Shown here one piece after another: positions 1-8,687 of a DNA stretch of 64,000 nt. Numbering within the stretch: the stretch's first letter is position 1; each line of letters starts with the position of its first letter. The notes below the pieces were generated by a model. The model was not told where the DNA came from. It did not search any database and saw only the letters and a program-made list of their open reading frames with translations. A program made the position numbers and the translations under genes. The DNA comes from Candidatus Entotheonellaceae bacterium. GTDB taxonomy: Bacteria > Tectomicrobia > Entotheonellia > Entotheonellales > Entotheonellaceae. The DNA lies in assembly GCA_965238075.1 (NCBI GenBank), contig OZ250173.1:3136001-3200000 (forward strand). The letters run 5' to 3'.

Positions 1-539
1 AGCAGGGTGGGCAGCGTCTTTATCGTCTGGCCCGACAGGGGTATACCGTTGACCGACCGGCGCGAGACATTTTCGTGCGGCGGCTGCAGCTGCTGGAGGT
101 GCGGGGGACGAAAGTGACGCTGGCCGTTACCTGTTCCAAAGGAACCTATGTCCGTACGTTGGGCGAAGATATCGGCTTGGCATTGGGTTATGGCGCGCAT
201 GTGACTCACTTGCAGCGCTGTCGCGTCGGCGCTTACGCTTTGCGGAATGCCTACTCGCTCACTGGCGAAGGGCGGCATATGCGGGGGCAGGCTCTGAACT
301 CGTTTCTAATTCCGACCGCTCAGGCGGTGGCGTTTCTCCCTTCTCTGTCTCTTTCCGCGCAACAATTCGGCGACTTGCAAAAGCAACGCGGCGCAGTTCT
401 GCCTGCTATTTTGAGCGAAGCGTGTCCTGGTCGGTTATCCTCTCCACATTACCGGCTCTGTACTTCACCAGATAACACTGTGGCGGTAATACAACGTCGG
501 ACAGGCGACTCGGCCAAATGGAAGCTCCTTATTCCGTGA
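1..539 (+). CDS. truB: tRNA pseudouridine(55) synthase TruB, 5'-truncated by window edge
   Basis: Frame open from base 3 (QGGQRLYRLARQG...), contains CSKGTYVRTLGEDIG and HVTHLQR motifs; upstream of rpsO-pnp. Confidence 0.93.
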   Translation, partial: QGGQRLYRLARQGYTVDRPARDIFVRRLQLLEVRGTKVTLAVTCSKGTYVRTLGEDIGLALGYGAHVTHLQRCRVGAYALRNAYSLTGEGRHMRGQALNSFLIPTAQAVAFLPSLSLSAQQFGDLQKQRGAVLPAILSEACPGRLSSPHYRLCTSPDNTVAVIQRRTGDSAKWKLLIP

Positions 540-572
540 AATGGTTGTGCTCGTAACGTGAAAGGAAGCGTT

Positions 573-842
573 GTGGCTTTGTTGAAAGAGGAAAAAGAGG
601 CGGTCATGAGTGATTTTCGCATGCACCAGTCCGACACCGGTTCGTCGGAGGTGCAGATCGCTATTTTGAGTGCACGTATTACGTATCTGACCGAGCATTT
701 CAGGACGCATAAGAAAGATCATCATTCCAGGCGGGGCTTGCTCAAGCTCGTGGGTCGCCGTCGTCGTTTGCTGGATTATGTCAAGAAGCACGATTTTGCC
801 CATTATCAGGACGTGATCGGTAGACTGGGAATTCGGCGCTAG
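573..842 (+). CDS. rpsO: 30S ribosomal protein S15
   Basis: [35 protein letters not shown] start at 573 chosen after AAGGAAG. Confidence 0.98.
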   Translation: MALLKEEKEAVMSDFRMHQSDTGSSEVQIAILSARITYLTEHFRTHKKDHHSRRGLLKLVGRRRRLLDYVKKHDFAHYQDVIGRLGIRR

Positions 843-898
843 AGTTTTTGGGATCATCCGTCTAAGTCAATAATGTTGTTATGTTTGGAGGCAAAACA

Positions 899-3013
899 TT
901 GAATTACCAAACAGCAAGTTGCGTGATTAACGGCCGCACATTAACCATTGAAACGGGCGAAATTGCCAAGCAGGCGAATGGTTCTGCCTTGGTGAGGTAT
1001 GGCGATACGGTTGTATTGGCTGCCGTTACCGCCGCTACGAATGACCGCGGCGAGATTGATTTCTTCCCGCTGACTGTTGACTACCGCGAAAGGACTTACG
1101 CGGCGGGAAAAATTCCTGGTGGTTTTTTCAAACGTGAAGGACGGCCAGGGGAGAAGGAGACGGTAACCTCGCGTATCATCGACCGTCCGCTGCGGCCGCT
1201 TTTCCCCAGTGGTTTTAACAAGGAAACGCAGATTCTCTGCACCGTACTTTCCGTGGACAACGAGAATGATCCAGACGTCGTGGCCCTTATTGCGGCTTCG
1301 GCCGCGCTGACCGTTTCCGACGTGCCGTTCCTAGGACCTATTGGGGCCGTGCGCGTGGGGTACACGGATCAGCAGATCGTCATCAATCCAACCAGCGAAG
1401 AACTGGAACGTGGTCAATTGAATATGGTGGTGGCCGGAAGCCAGGAAGCCATCGTCATGGTGGAAGGCGGGGCGCTGGAGCTTCCCGAAACCATCGTCTT
1501 GTCGGCTCTGGAGACGGCCCACCAAGCCTTGCAAGCCTGTATTGATATACAGCTTCAATTGCAGCAGAGGGTAGGCAAAGCTAAGCTGCCGGTTGTTCCT
1601 CCGGTCGTCGATGAGACGTTGCAGCAAAATGTCCATGCGATGGCCCATGAGCGGCTTAAAACCGCTTTGGCAATTCCGGGGAAATTGGAGCGTCAGGAAG
1701 CGGTAGCCACGCTTGAGCAGGAGGTGGTGAAAGCGTTCGAGGATTCAGACGAATCGGATACAGCGCCCAGTGTCAAGACAATCAAGGCCTTTCTGCACGA
1801 TATGGAAAGTGCGGAGATGCGTCGGCAGATTCTCGAAGGGGGACGTCGTGCCGATGGTCGGGGTCTTACTGATATTCGACCGATCAGTGGCCGTGTGTCC
1901 ATGTTGCCGCGCACGCACGGTTCGGCGTTGTTTACCCGTGGCGAAACGCAAGCCCTTGTGGCCGCAACGTTGGGAACGCAGAGTGATGAGCAGATCATAG
2001 ACGACCTAGGGGGCAGGACCTCGAAGCGCTTCATGCTCCACTACAATTTCCCATCCTACAGCGTCGGTGAAGTGCGGCCCTTGCGCGGCCCTGGGCGGCG
2101 CGAGATCGGTCATGGGGCTTTGGCTGAACGCGCCATACGACCCGTCCTTCCGCCCCATGAAACCTTTCCATATACGTTGCGGGTGGTTTCGGACATTATG
2201 GAGTCCAACGGCTCTTCATCCATGGCGACGGTGTGCGGCAGTGCGCTTGCCCTTATGGATGCGGGAGTGCCCATCAAAGCGCCAGTTGCCGGTATTGCCA
2301 TGGGACTGATCGCGGAAGGGGAGGGTGTAGCAATATTGTCGGATATCCTCGGGGTGGAAGATCATCTGGGCGATATGGATTTCAAAATTGCCGGAACGGC
2401 TGAGGGTATTACGGCTATCCAGATGGACATCAAGACCACAGGCGTGTCCCGCGAGATTATGGCTCAGGCTTTGGAACAGGCGCGGCAAGGCCGCATGCAT
2501 ATATTGCAAGAGATGCATAGCATCTTGGGTGTGCCGCGAGTCGAAACTTCAGCTTATGCGCCGCGAATTGTCACCTTGAAGGTTAAGAAGGATAAAGTAC
2601 GCGAGGTCATTGGACCGGGTGGCAAGACGATACGGGGCATCATTGAAGCGACCGGTGTAACCATCGACATCGAAGACGATGGAACTGTTTTGATCGCGTC
2701 AGTCAATGAAATGGCCTCGCAGGAGGCGGTCCAGATGGTCCGGGATATAACCAAGGAGGCTGAGATCGGCCAGATCTACATGGGGACTGTCAGGAAGATC
2801 ATGGACTTCGGCGCATTCGTGGAAATTTTCCCCGGCACTGACGGTCTGCTGCATATCTCGCAGATCTCAGAGAAGCGAGTGAACAAGGTAAGCGACGAAG
2901 TCCGGGAAGGGGATCAGATTGTGGTGAAGGTGCTGGAGGTCGACCGGAACGGCCGTATCAAGCTTAGCCATAAAGAAGCCATACGAGACCAAGAAGCGGC
3001 TGAAATTGGCTGA
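899..3013 (+). CDS. pnp: Polyribonucleotide nucleotidyltransferase
   Basis: DFFPLTV, GKIPGGFFKREGRP, RREIGHGALA, SNGSSSMA, DHLGDMDFK, KH and S1 domains; TTG start after GGAGG (ORF open from 881). Confidence 0.98.
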   Translation: MNYQTASCVINGRTLTIETGEIAKQANGSALVRYGDTVVLAAVTAATNDRGEIDFFPLTVDYRERTYAAGKIPGGFFKREGRPGEKETVTSRIIDRPLRPLFPSGFNKETQILCTVLSVDNENDPDVVALIAASAALTVSDVPFLGPIGAVRVGYTDQQIVINPTSEELERGQLNMVVAGSQEAIVMVEGGALELPETIVLSALETAHQALQACIDIQLQLQQRVGKAKLPVVPPVVDETLQQNVHAMAHERLKTALAIPGKLERQEAVATLEQEVVKAFEDSDESDTAPSVKTIKAFLHDMESAEMRRQILEGGRRADGRGLTDIRPISGRVSMLPRTHGSALFTRGETQALVAATLGTQSDEQIIDDLGGRTSKRFMLHYNFPSYSVGEVRPLRGPGRREIGHGALAERAIRPVLPPHETFPYTLRVVSDIMESNGSSSMATVCGSALALMDAGVPIKAPVAGIAMGLIAEGEGVAILSDILGVEDHLGDMDFKIAGTAEGITAIQMDIKTTGVSREIMAQALEQARQGRMHILQEMHSILGVPRVETSAYAPRIVTLKVKKDKVREVIGPGGKTIRGIIEATGVTIDIEDDGTVLIASVNEMASQEAVQMVRDITKEAEIGQIYMGTVRKIMDFGAFVEIFPGTDGLLHISQISEKRVNKVSDEVREGDQIVVKVLEVDRNGRIKLSHKEAIRDQEAAEIG

Positions 3014-3035
3014 TTTTAGGGCCTATATAATAAAA

Positions 3036-3063
3036 AGTTTACATAATATAACTTATCAGAAGT
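3036..3063 (-). other. dif site (XerC/XerD chromosome dimer resolution site)
   Basis: Minus strand ACTTCTGATAA-GTTATA-TTATGTAAACT: 11-6-11 architecture with a typical XerD arm; in AT-rich gap between convergent genes at the gene-strand switch. Confidence 0.88.
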
Positions 3064-3779
3064 TATAGAACATGTTCGATATTTGCGAGGCGTTCTTCCA
3101 CAATCTGGCGTGTGAGTTCGTTAACCTCGGCATCGGACAAGGCGCGGTTATAAACTTCAGCCGCCATCTCCAGAGCGTTGGATTGCTCATGGCAGCGACC
3201 CATCCCCAAGTAAGCCTCACCTCGCAACCACGTCGCCGTTGGAGCCTGTAGCACGGTCTGGAAATTCTCCAAAGCCCGTGCGCAGGCGCCTTGTGCTTCT
3301 TCAGCGTAGGCCATATTCAGCGATATCAAAGCACGCATTAAAGCGGATCGATTGTTGTTGCTGGACAGCCGTTGTCGGGCCTGCTCGTACGCCTCTACTG
3401 CAGCCACGTAATCGGCGCGGGTATAATAAAGGCGCCCGAGATACCAATAGGCCTGGGCCGCGGCGGGCGTGCCGTCATAGTCGCGCACAAGAGTCTGCAA
3501 CGCCTCCACCATTGGATTAGGCTGTGATGTGTTCTGCAACGCATCGCCGTTGTCGTCTGCATTGATTGCTTTGTACAATAGTGTCTCGGCCCGCTGATGC
3601 CGGTTTGCCTGCCACACAAACCATCCCCCAACCAGAGCCCCAGCAAGTACGACAGCCCCGATACCATAAAGGATGGACGAAGCATTCGCTTCTGCCCACT
3701 CGATGATCCGTGCGCTGCGCTTAATGAATTGGTCTGGTTGGCGCAGTAACTCCTTACGTGTTATACGCTGTCTTGCCAC
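3063..3779 (-). CDS. Membrane-anchored tetratricopeptide-repeat protein (YfgM-like)
   Basis: N-terminal RKELLRQPDQF, single TM helix, TPR-like repeats (AQAYWYLGRLYY, AYLGMGRCHE). Confidence 0.8.
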   Translation of the reverse strand: MARQRITRKELLRQPDQFIKRSARIIEWAEANASSILYGIGAVVLAGALVGGWFVWQANRHQRAETLLYKAINADDNGDALQNTSQPNPMVEALQTLVRDYDGTPAAAQAYWYLGRLYYTRADYVAAVEAYEQARQRLSSNNNRSALMRALISLNMAYAEEAQGACARALENFQTVLQAPTATWLRGEAYLGMGRCHEQSNALEMAAEVYNRALSDAEVNELTRQIVEERLANIEHVL

Positions 3780-3820
3780 AACAAGAGCCTTTCATTGTTC
3801 GTAAATGTGCAACCCGGCAA

Positions 3821-5845
3821 TTACGACTCCACAGTTTTCGCAGCTGTGACAACCGTTTGCATCAAATGCTGCGGAAGAACTTCATAGCGCAGAAATTCGG
3901 TGGCGTATGAACCCTCCCCTCCCGTTACCGACTGCAGAAAGGCGCTGTACTGTTGCACTTCGGCTAGGGGTACCTCCGACCGAACAATCTGCAGGTTGCC
4001 GATGCTATCAATGCCGCTTACCCGGCCGCGTCGGCTGCTGATGTCGCCGGTAATGTCGCCCATGTATTTGGACGGCACCGTAACCTCAAGTTTGACAATG
4101 GGTTCCAGTAAAGCAGGCGTGGCTTGCTGAACGGCTTCCTTTATTGCCTCGCGCCCGGCGATCTGAAATGCGATGTCTTTACTATCCACGGGGTGCTCTT
4201 TGCCGTCGTAAAGCTCGACCTTGATGTCCACCACGGGATAATCCGTCAGCACGCCTTCCGCCATCTTGTCCTGGATACCTTTGTCAACACTCTGCCGGAA
4301 CGATTGGCTAATAACGCCGCCAAATATTTTGTCGACAAACTGGTATCCGGTTCCGCGAGGGGTTGGTTCGACCCGTATTGCGCACTCAGCGAACTGCCCG
4401 GCACCGCCCGTCTGTTTCTTATGGCGATAGCGAATATCGGCTTTGCTGCTTATCGTCTCGCGATAGGCAATTTTCGGAAGTTTCGTCGTTACTTCCACCC
4501 CGCGGCGCTGCAACCGGTTCAGCATCAAGCCGATATGTTGCTCACCGATTCCCGATATGACGAGCTCCTTGGTTTGGGAATTCATTCCCACTTGAAAAGT
4601 CGGATCCGCCTCGGCGAGACGCCGCAAACTTTCGGAAATCTTTGCCTCGTCGCCGCGACTCTTGGGTTCAACGGCCCGCGAAACCATGGGGAGCGGGTAA
4701 CGCGGCACAACGAACGGCTTTTGGTCTTTGCTCGCTGCCAAGGTGTCGCCGACCCGGAACTCCTCAACTTTTGCGGTGGCGATAATGGCCCCAGCCCCAG
4801 CCTCGTTTATTTCCCGCTGATCTTTGCCCTGAGGACGAAAGAGCTTGGGGATTTTGACCGGTCTGCCGGAATGGGCCAAGGTGACGGTGTCCCCTGCCCG
4901 TACGAGACCCGAATAGACGCGGAAAAAGCTGACTTTGCCCACGAATTCATCCGATATGATCTTAAAAACCTGCGCCTCAAGGGGGCCTCCGAGATCAATG
5001 CTATGCGCTTCCGCCCCGCTATCACCCAAGACTTCTTTCGTCGCATAGTCCGGAGACGGCGCATAACCGGCAATAAAGTCCATGATTTCGGTAATTCCCT
5101 GGTCCGACTCGGCGGCGCAGCAAAGAATGGGAACGATCGAGCGATCAATCAAGACTTGGACAAATACGTGTTCCAGTTCCTCTTGAGGGATGGTTTCACC
5201 TTCCAGGTAACGCTCCAGGAGGGCGTCGTCGCCGGAGATTACCGACTCCATGAGTACGCCGCGCTGTTCTTCGACGGTATCGGCCAAATTGGAAGGAATG
5301 TCGCCGGGATGCAGTAAATTAACGATCCCCGAGAAGGAACTGCCACTGCCGACAGGAAGCATCAAGGGTGTACAGGCCGATCCAAAATTCTCCTGCAGAG
5401 ATGCTACCACCTCGTCATATTGAGCGTTGTCGGCGTCCATTCGCGTTATCACAAACATGCACGCGCAGCCTTGTTGCTGCGCCAGGTCCCATGCTTTGCG
5501 GGTGCCGGCTTCGATGCCCGACGCGGCGTTAACCGTGATAATGGCGAGCTCGACGACCGAAAGCGCACCGTACACTTCTCCTACGAAGTCGGCCGCTCCG
5601 GGGGTGTCGATGATATTGATGTCCCGACCTTTCCACGTGGTGTGAAGCACGGAGGAGTGAACGGATTTCTGGCCTTCTTTCTCGTCTGTATCGCAGTCAC
5701 TCGCAGTCGTTCCGTCGCTTATCCTGCCAAGACGGTTAATCTCCCCGCCCTTCAGAAGTATCGCTTCACTCAACATGGTTTTTCCATTGCCTGAGTGCCC
5801 CACAAGAGCCACGTTGCGGATTTTCTGCGCGTTATTCTCAGCCAC
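3821..5845 (-). CDS. Elongation factor G paralogue (EF-G II type)
   Basis: IRNVALVGHSGNGKT, DTPG, TRMD, HKKQTGGAGQF, HPVDS, LLEPI; lacks canonical RGITI switch I (GQKSV). Confidence 0.9.
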   Translation of the reverse strand: MAENNAQKIRNVALVGHSGNGKTMLSEAILLKGGEINRLGRISDGTTASDCDTDEKEGQKSVHSSVLHTTWKGRDINIIDTPGAADFVGEVYGALSVVELAIITVNAASGIEAGTRKAWDLAQQQGCACMFVITRMDADNAQYDEVVASLQENFGSACTPLMLPVGSGSSFSGIVNLLHPGDIPSNLADTVEEQRGVLMESVISGDDALLERYLEGETIPQEELEHVFVQVLIDRSIVPILCCAAESDQGITEIMDFIAGYAPSPDYATKEVLGDSGAEAHSIDLGGPLEAQVFKIISDEFVGKVSFFRVYSGLVRAGDTVTLAHSGRPVKIPKLFRPQGKDQREINEAGAGAIIATAKVEEFRVGDTLAASKDQKPFVVPRYPLPMVSRAVEPKSRGDEAKISESLRRLAEADPTFQVGMNSQTKELVISGIGEQHIGLMLNRLQRRGVEVTTKLPKIAYRETISSKADIRYRHKKQTGGAGQFAECAIRVEPTPRGTGYQFVDKIFGGVISQSFRQSVDKGIQDKMAEGVLTDYPVVDIKVELYDGKEHPVDSKDIAFQIAGREAIKEAVQQATPALLEPIVKLEVTVPSKYMGDITGDISSRRGRVSGIDSIGNLQIVRSEVPLAEVQQYSAFLQSVTGGEGSYATEFLRYEVLPQHLMQTVVTAAKTVES

Positions 5846-5954
5846 TATTCTCCCCTTCCATGTTCCGAAATGACTGTCCTTTGAGGAATTACGAACCGAC
5901 CCCAAATTGGCCTTGTGTCTCGCCTCCCCTCCTGCGACTTCTACGCGTAGCGAA

Positions 5955-6028
5955 TGCCCCCGGCAGGATTCGAACCTGCGACCTGCGGATTAGGAATCCG
6001 CTGCTCTATCCTGCTGAGCTACGAGGGC
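5955..6028 (-). tRNA. tRNA-Arg(CCT)
   Basis: Cloverleaf GCCCTCG...GCGGA-TTCCTAA-TCCGC...GGTTCGAATCC...CGGGGGCA; CCA not encoded. Confidence 0.96.
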
Positions 6029-6085
6029 AGGCTTATCTTCCCGCATTCAGGGACTTGAACCGGTTTCCTGTGGAGCAAAGCCACT

Positions 6086-6113
6086 ATTCTATCATCGTAT
6101 GGCGCATGGTCAA
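6086..6113 (-). promoter_or_regulatory. Sigma70-type promoter for tRNA-Arg / EF-G2
   Basis: TTGACC-16 nt-TAGAAT with TGn extension, about 60 nt upstream of the tRNA. Confidence 0.6.
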
Positions 6114-7219
6114 TCTTGCTGAGCGTGTTGAGATAAAGCGCGTTTGAGGCGCTGACGCTGGCTCGCATAGTAATGTGGGAAACTGGTAGGAAATACCAAG
6201 CACCAGAGCGAACGCAGTATCGTGCAATAGACAGCTTGACGAGAGATTTTCACCCGTTCCTGATGAGACAATAAGCCCTCTGATCGGCAGACCTCTTCTA
6301 ACGTTTGGACCGCAAATAACAACGGCCACATACAGCTCAGTCGGACGCGCAGCGCCCTGAGCGGCAACAGCCGCACATAACAACTGGCGTGATCAAGGTG
6401 TTCCAAGGTGTAATCAATCAGGTGGATAACCAAAGGCCGAATCTGAGGTAGCAACGTTGGATCAAGCAGGTCATGCGCTTGCAAGCCGAGCCGGCGGAGT
6501 TCGTCTGCAGGGAGATAGCAGCGGCCACCTTGTAGGTCTTTGCCCACGTCTTTAAGAATATTCGTGAGCTGTAACCCTCGACCGAAATGCACACCTAAGA
6601 CGCTGAGTTGTTGGCTGTTACGGTGATTTCTGAAGGCACGCAGGTTGGCGCTGCAAAGCATTGTCCAGAATTCGCCCACAACCCCAGCTACGTAATACGT
6701 ATACCGTTCAAGCGAAGCCATATCCGGCAGAGCGCAAACGTCTGCGGGCGTATCCCCTGGAAAACAGGTCAGATCCATCTCCATGCCGCGCGTTAGGGTC
6801 AATACGAGATTCTTTACGAGGCATTGGTCGCCAGAGGACAGACGGTGGTATATCCGAAAACAGTCAGGCAGATGCAGCAGCAGTTGGCGCTCCCCCTCGG
6901 AAGCTTGTGACGGGTGGTATTGCATCATTTGCTGCAACTGGTCGATGCCAATTCGTGAGGGCGAATCTTTCTGGAATTGGGCGCGGAAAGCATGGAGGGC
7001 GGGCAGACGTTCGTGGTACGGCAGAATGCGCGTGTCAGCGATGGTATCAGCCGCACGGCAAAACAGATAAGCCAAGCCCATCTGTCCCCGAACGGGTCTC
7101 GGGAGAACAGTCAGGCTCAAATAGAATGACCGGGAAACTTTCTTCAGGATGTTGCGTATTAAGACGGCTTCCTCAGGTCGGTTCTTTCTGCGCCCTTGCA
7201 ACCATGTGGAAGCCAGCAT
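6110..7219 (-). CDS. Squalene/phytoene synthase family (farnesyl-diphosphate farnesyltransferase-like)
   Basis: VSRSF, YLFCRAADTIAD, YTYYVAGVVGEFW, GLQLTNILKD, GRCYLP. Confidence 0.9.
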   Translation of the reverse strand: MLASTWLQGRRKNRPEEAVLIRNILKKVSRSFYLSLTVLPRPVRGQMGLAYLFCRAADTIADTRILPYHERLPALHAFRAQFQKDSPSRIGIDQLQQMMQYHPSQASEGERQLLLHLPDCFRIYHRLSSGDQCLVKNLVLTLTRGMEMDLTCFPGDTPADVCALPDMASLERYTYYVAGVVGEFWTMLCSANLRAFRNHRNSQQLSVLGVHFGRGLQLTNILKDVGKDLQGGRCYLPADELRRLGLQAHDLLDPTLLPQIRPLVIHLIDYTLEHLDHASCYVRLLPLRALRVRLSCMWPLLFAVQTLEEVCRSEGLLSHQERVKISRQAVYCTILRSLWCLVFPTSFPHYYASQRQRLKRALSQHAQQD

Positions 7220-7247
7220 GGAGAGTTCTCGGCGAAATCAGTCGATC

Positions 7248-7766
7248 TCAATCTTGTAAAAGTGAAAAGACCTGGTGGTCCTGCAAGCGTGCACGACCAT
7301 TCAGATCACACAATTCAATGAGAACAGCAACTTCGATGATCTTGCATTGGAGTCTTTGAAGCAAGCCGAGCGTTGCGCAAATGGTTCCACCCGTGGCGAG
7401 AACGTCGTCCATTAGAACGACGCGCGAGCCTGGCACAGCCGCATCGCGATGTACTTCCAATTCGCCCACGCCGTACTCGAGTTCGTAAGAGGTTTTCAGC
7501 GTCTCGGCCGGTAATTTGCCTGGTTTGCGTACCAACGTGAGACCGGCCTTGAGCTTATAGGCCAGAGCTGCCGCAAGAACGAACCCGCGGGCCTCAATGC
7601 CGACAACTTGGTCAACGCCTTGTCCGGCATAGCGGTCTGCGAATGAATTGACTACTGCATGGAAAGCGTCGGGGTTGGCCAAGAGTGGGGTAATGTCCTT
7701 AAATGCAATGCCCTCTTTGGGGAAATCGGGAATCACTCGAATTTTCTCTCGCAAAGTATCCAGCAC
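7248..7766 (-). CDS. apt: Adenine phosphoribosyltransferase
   Basis: IPDFPKEGIAFKDITPLL, EARGF, RKPGKLP, LEYG, DDVLATGGT; GTG start at 7766. Confidence 0.97.
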   Translation of the reverse strand: MLDTLREKIRVIPDFPKEGIAFKDITPLLANPDAFHAVVNSFADRYAGQGVDQVVGIEARGFVLAAALAYKLKAGLTLVRKPGKLPAETLKTSYELEYGVGELEVHRDAAVPGSRVVLMDDVLATGGTICATLGLLQRLQCKIIEVAVLIELCDLNGRARLQDHQVFSLLQD

Positions 7767-7933
7767 AGGCCTCTCCCCTTTTGGATTTGGACGATGCGTT
7801 TTAGCAGGACGGAACCGAAGCGGTTTCTCAAAGCTGTGCAGGGAAGTAAAATTCCGGGTGGGCGTGCCTTCTAAAACCGTGATGTCGATACCATCGCGGT
7901 GCTGAAGGCATTTTGTGCAATACCAAGGCATGA

Positions 7934-8007
7934 TCGGGGCGAGAAGATTTGAACTTCCGGCCTCCTGCTCCCGAAGCAGGCGCGCTACCAGGCTGCGCTA
8001 CGCCCCG
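7934..8007 (-). tRNA. tRNA-Pro(CGG)
   Basis: CGGGGCGTAGCGCAGCCTGGTAGCGC...CCTGC-TTCGGGA-GCAGG...GTTCAAATC...CGCCCCGA. Confidence 0.96.
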
Positions 8008-8049
8008 ATTCATGTGCTTTAAAAATAAATTCATACATTCCAAAGAGAG

Positions 8050-8123
8050 TCGGGGCGAGAGGATTTGAACCTCCGACTCCTTGCACCCCATGCAAGTGCG
8101 CTGCCAGGCTGCGCCACGCCCCG
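8050..8123 (-). tRNA. tRNA-Pro(GGG)
   Basis: CGGGGCGTGGCGCAGCCTGGCAGCGC...CTTGC-ATGGGGT-GCAAG...GGTTCAAATCC...CGCCCCGA. Confidence 0.96.
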
Positions 8124-8124
8124 A

Positions 8125-8562
8125 TTATATGGGATGTTTCTTTTGCAATAAGGTCATCATTTCATGGATGTTTTTCTTCAACAATGCAAGTGCTGCTCTA
8201 AGGTCGGAAGGTGCCGACGTGTCAGCGGCAAGGCTGTGCGACTCATCCCTTCCTCGGTGATCTGACAAGCCGTTGACCGTTTCATGAAGAATTCCAGTAA
8301 TTCCCTTTCGAGCCTCCTGGGACGAGCTGCGCTGATAGGCTAACAATTGCCTCGCCCCAGAGATTGTATAGCAATCCGTGTAAAGGAGATTCTTGATCTC
8401 CATAAGCGTATCAATATCCGCTTTGGCATACAGACGTTGCCCGGAGGGATTCTTTTTTGGCTTTAGGCAGGGAAACTCCGATTCCCAATACCGCAACACA
8501 TGCGGCTTTACGCTAAGCAATTTTGCGACTTCGCCAATTTTGAAAAAGGGTTTTGTTACCAA
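8125..8562 (-). CDS. MerR-family transcriptional regulator
   Basis: [30 protein letters not shown]; conserved position just upstream of tRNA-Pro. Confidence 0.92.
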   Translation of the reverse strand: MVTKPFFKIGEVAKLLSVKPHVLRYWESEFPCLKPKKNPSGQRLYAKADIDTLMEIKNLLYTDCYTISGARQLLAYQRSSSQEARKGITGILHETVNGLSDHRGRDESHSLAADTSAPSDLRAALALLKKNIHEMMTLLQKKHPI

Positions 8563-8620
8563 AGGTTGTCACCTGCCCCGATGATTCGGCTCTCTTGTTG
8601 TCTCGCTCGAGGTGGGAGGG

Positions 8621-8649
8621 ACCTTATCACCTGCCCCCGGTTCTGTCAA
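8621..8649 (-). promoter_or_regulatory. Sigma70-type promoter for merR-tRNA-Pro-tRNA-Pro
   Basis: TTGACA-17 nt-TAAGGT with TGn extension. Confidence 0.6.
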
Positions 8650-8687
8650 TTTGGCAGGGCCTTTACAATGCGTAGCCGACCGAAGTC

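Noticed and set aside
5840-6090. 12-bp direct repeat AGCCACTATTCT (5840-5851, 6079-6090) flanking tRNA-Arg as a target-site duplication
   Set aside because: About one such nearby 12-mer is expected by chance in 64 kb; the copies coincide with a start codon and a -10 box; no mobile gene present.
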